From positions 372,001 through 436,000 of the forward strand of contig JBLDXI010000019.1 of assembly GCA_047495785.1 (NCBI GenBank): a stretch of DNA of 64,000 nucleotides. The letters are read 5' to 3'. Source of the DNA: Lepidodermella squamata (Eukaryota > Animalia > Gastrotricha). Under the pieces are notes generated by a model. That model was not told the origin of the DNA, searched no databases, and worked only from the letters and a program-made list of their open reading frames with translations. This document shows positions 61,546 to 64,000 of the stretch, in pieces. Position 1 is the stretch's first letter, and each line of letters begins with the position of its first letter. The translations under genes were made by a program, and so were the position numbers.

Positions 61546-62103
61546 TTAGTCTAATCCGTAATAGTTGCCGTAGTTATAGCCGGTGCTGTACGAAGTCCTC
61601 GCGCCTCCCGTAAAGTATGCTATGACAAAAATAATAAAAAGAATACCAAGCCCTAATCCGATTGACCCCATAATGTAGCCGACCATGTGGAATTTACGCG
61701 GCTCAGCCACCTTGCAGCAGTCGGGGGTCACCGCGCAAACCAGAGCGATCATACTGCAATACATGGGACCAAACAACACTGCGAATACCGAAAGAGCAAT
61801 GCTACAACCACGGGAACATTGCGTTGGATGAGCTTGGGAATCGTCGACAATGAAAGTCACGACATTGGACGGTATTGGCTGGTTGACAGCAGCCATCATA
61901 GATGGCGGATGCTGATCTCTTACTTCATAAGTACAGCTTCTCGCTGGTGGACTCAGGTTAGATTTATGAGCCGATTGAGCGGGTGGAGCGACAGATGTGT
62001 ATTGAGGAACTGGATCATTCTTGTCATTAGATACCTGTGCCATTTCTTGCTGATCTGGGCCAGGCTGGTCATAAGTTTGATAAGTAGGATTTGTGTAGCT
62101 CAT
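61546..62103 (-). CDS. Divergent CD225/dispanin-like protein, copy 16
   Basis: P/Q-rich N-terminus, CSIALSVFAVLFGPMYCSMIALVCAVTPDCC, a TM helix and a Tyr/Gly tail. Upstream 62104-62590 is homologous to 60762-61220. Confidence 0.8.
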   Translation of the reverse strand: MSYTNPTYQTYDQPGPDQQEMAQVSNDKNDPVPQYTSVAPPAQSAHKSNLSPPARSCTYEVRDQHPPSMMAAVNQPIPSNVVTFIVDDSQAHPTQCSRGCSIALSVFAVLFGPMYCSMIALVCAVTPDCCKVAEPRKFHMVGYIMGSIGLGLGILFIIFVIAYFTGGARTSYSTGYNYGNYYGLD

Positions 62104-62619
62104 AATTAAAAGCTGAAAATTGTTGGATGATTGAAAAAAGGAAACGGATGATTGAATGAATGGGTGAAAGGACGTTGAAAACTTTTGGAGCGTGAAAGGA
62201 GTAAATGCGCTAAGTTAAAATTAGCCCATTTGTCTGTTAGAATGCAAGTACCTCTGTGAAAGCGTTCATTATTCGCCAGCATCTTTTGACCCGCTATTTA
62301 ACCCCTCAGTTTGACCTTTTGCCCATTTTGATTAGACCCCAATATTGCTATAATAAACTTGAAAGGCTTCGAATCTGAGTTGATGTCTGGCAAAAGGGAA
62401 TGCTCCATTTGTTGACACTGAAACTTTTGAACACCTTCGCAGCACCTTTCAGATAATCGACGCCTGTTTTAGTTTTCATCACCATCAGCTTTGAATTTAC
62501 TGAGTTAGTTTGGCGGCTTGGATTATGGCGACTCGGAAGTTATATTCATCTTTCACCTGTAGCATGTTTCTGACAGCCCAAAAGCAAGTAACAAATCGTT
62601 CGTGGCGCGGAAGAACCAG

Positions 62620-62910
62620 CACTTTAGGCAAAAAAACTCGTGTACACAGGAGTACAGTATTTTTATTCTGTAGAAATTTGTACAGTTTTGCCGGCCGTAA
62701 ATGTCAGTACGGCTCACTCGGCTGTAGAATGAGTACAGTTGTCCAGGCTGTATATGAGATGTACAGTTTTTTATTCCTGTAGCATGGGGTACAGCTAAAT
62801 GAGCCGTACGCCCAAGTACAGTCGAATGCAACGTACATGCTGAGTACAGGAGTGGCAGCCGTAGTGACTGCGTACGGTTCGTCCAAACCGTACACGAGAG
62901 TACAGGAGAT
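62620..62910. mobile_element. Possible left end of a CACTA-like element with GTACAG reiterations
   Basis: CACTTTAGGCAAAAAAA followed by about 10 (A/T)GTACAG-like motifs. Starts near where homology to 61220 ends. Confidence 0.4.
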
Positions 62911-63280
62911 TCATTTTTATAACGTAGTTGATGGGAGTTACTACGCAAACCCACGCAGAATCATATTGACGATTTTGGCGAAAGAGCGAAAGTCGGACCG
63001 ATATGCAGGTAATTAATTATTCGACGCGACGTCCATGGCTCACATAAGAGACTTGGCAAACGATTTCGGCCCTAACTCTATCTTCTCAGTCAAATGAAAA
63101 TTGGGCGTTGAGCAATAACGATTATAAATGGCGACGATGAATTAACCAAGACTATTTTCTTCTACACAGCCTCGTAGTCGATACTACCATTTCAAGCCAT
63201 CGCAAACCTTTTTCACGTTTTTATATTCTTCCGGAATTTTAGGTAATTTCCTGTATTGGCTGATTCCATACAGGATGGCC

Positions 63281-63441
63281 AAGAAATTGGGCAGAAGGTG
63301 AATTCGATGCGTATCAATTTAATGAGGAGTTTAAAGAAGTTGAAAAATTTCCAAAGCATTATTTTGCCAATAGAACTCCTCAATTTCTTGAAACTCCTCA
63401 ATGGTTGATGCGCATCGAATTCGCCTTCTGCCCAATTTTTT
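63281..63441. repeat. Imperfect palindrome
   Basis: AAATTGGGCAGAAGGTGAATTCGATGCG pairs with CGCATCGAATTCGCCTTCTGCCCAATTT. Confidence 0.8.
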
Positions 63442-64000
63442 GAAAAGTTACTTTCGGCGAGTCAAATAACATTAAATAATAACATGCCGAATAACATTAA
63501 AATGAACTGTTCTGCGGAGAGTCCTTTGGTGTTTTTTTAAACGAAAATATATTCCGTTTTTTCCAAACTTTTTTAACGCCGATGACTACGGCCTTTTTTG
63601 GCATGACGGAGATCATTCTGTCATCATTGATGACGATGATAACCTCGTGCATGCGTTTCAATTAAATCCGGGTCCTCTGCATGTATCAGTCTTTTTTGGG
63701 CGCTATCTCGAGGATCTAATGGCATTGAAACCGTCCTTGTCCCATAAGGTCGAGAACTTCACAAGAATTATTTCAGGTATTTATGAATAATATTTTTCAT
63801 CAAATGGATTTTCATCAAATCATCAAATCTCTTCTGATTTTCTAATTTTATGCTCGAAAGGAGATCGTTTTCAGTTTTCAGGAAGATCTTATTGCTTCCT
63901 AGTACTGTTAGGTTAAATGTTAGCTAAATTGCTGAAAAAAATCGCAAATTTATCGCAGTTCAACACCCGCCGAATAACTACTGTAGCTACTGCCTTCCAC

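Noticed and set aside
1-64000. Prokaryotic operon or defence-system interpretation, and species assignment
   Set aside because: Spliceosomal introns and metazoan gene families show animal DNA. The taxon cannot be determined reliably from this window.

Overview
Eukaryotic (animal) genomic DNA from a very compact genome: GT-AG introns are mostly about 45-55 nt and intergenic gaps are short. The window has three parts. (1) 6.5-31.3 kb on + and 53.3-62.1 kb on - hold two oppositely oriented tandem clusters, plus one outlier at 36.4 kb, of about 16 genes and pseudogenes of one family of small membrane proteins with intronless CDSs. Each has a Pro/Gln-rich N-terminus with PPxY motifs, a Cys-containing hydrophobic segment, a short basic loop, a TM helix and a hypervariable tail. 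The architecture is CD225/dispanin (IFITM)-like but non-canonical, and the family shows birth-and-death evolution. (2) A central block (31.5-52.8 kb) has four divergent nuclear receptors with atypical zinc-finger spacing, an SLC13 transporter, an SLC2/GLUT transporter and a TRPN/NOMPC-like channel with an apparently shortened ankyrin array. (3) Many DNA transposons are present: an apparently intact 3-exon Sola1 element inserted in one family member, CACTA/EnSpm-like elements, Tc1/pogo-, P-, hAT- and piggyBac-like MITEs, and a 2-kb element with Polinton/Maverick ends (AGTAGT termini, 264-bp TIRs, 6-bp TSD) carrying one HTH-like ORF inside a nuclear receptor intron. All family assignments come from motif recognition by eye, with no database searches.
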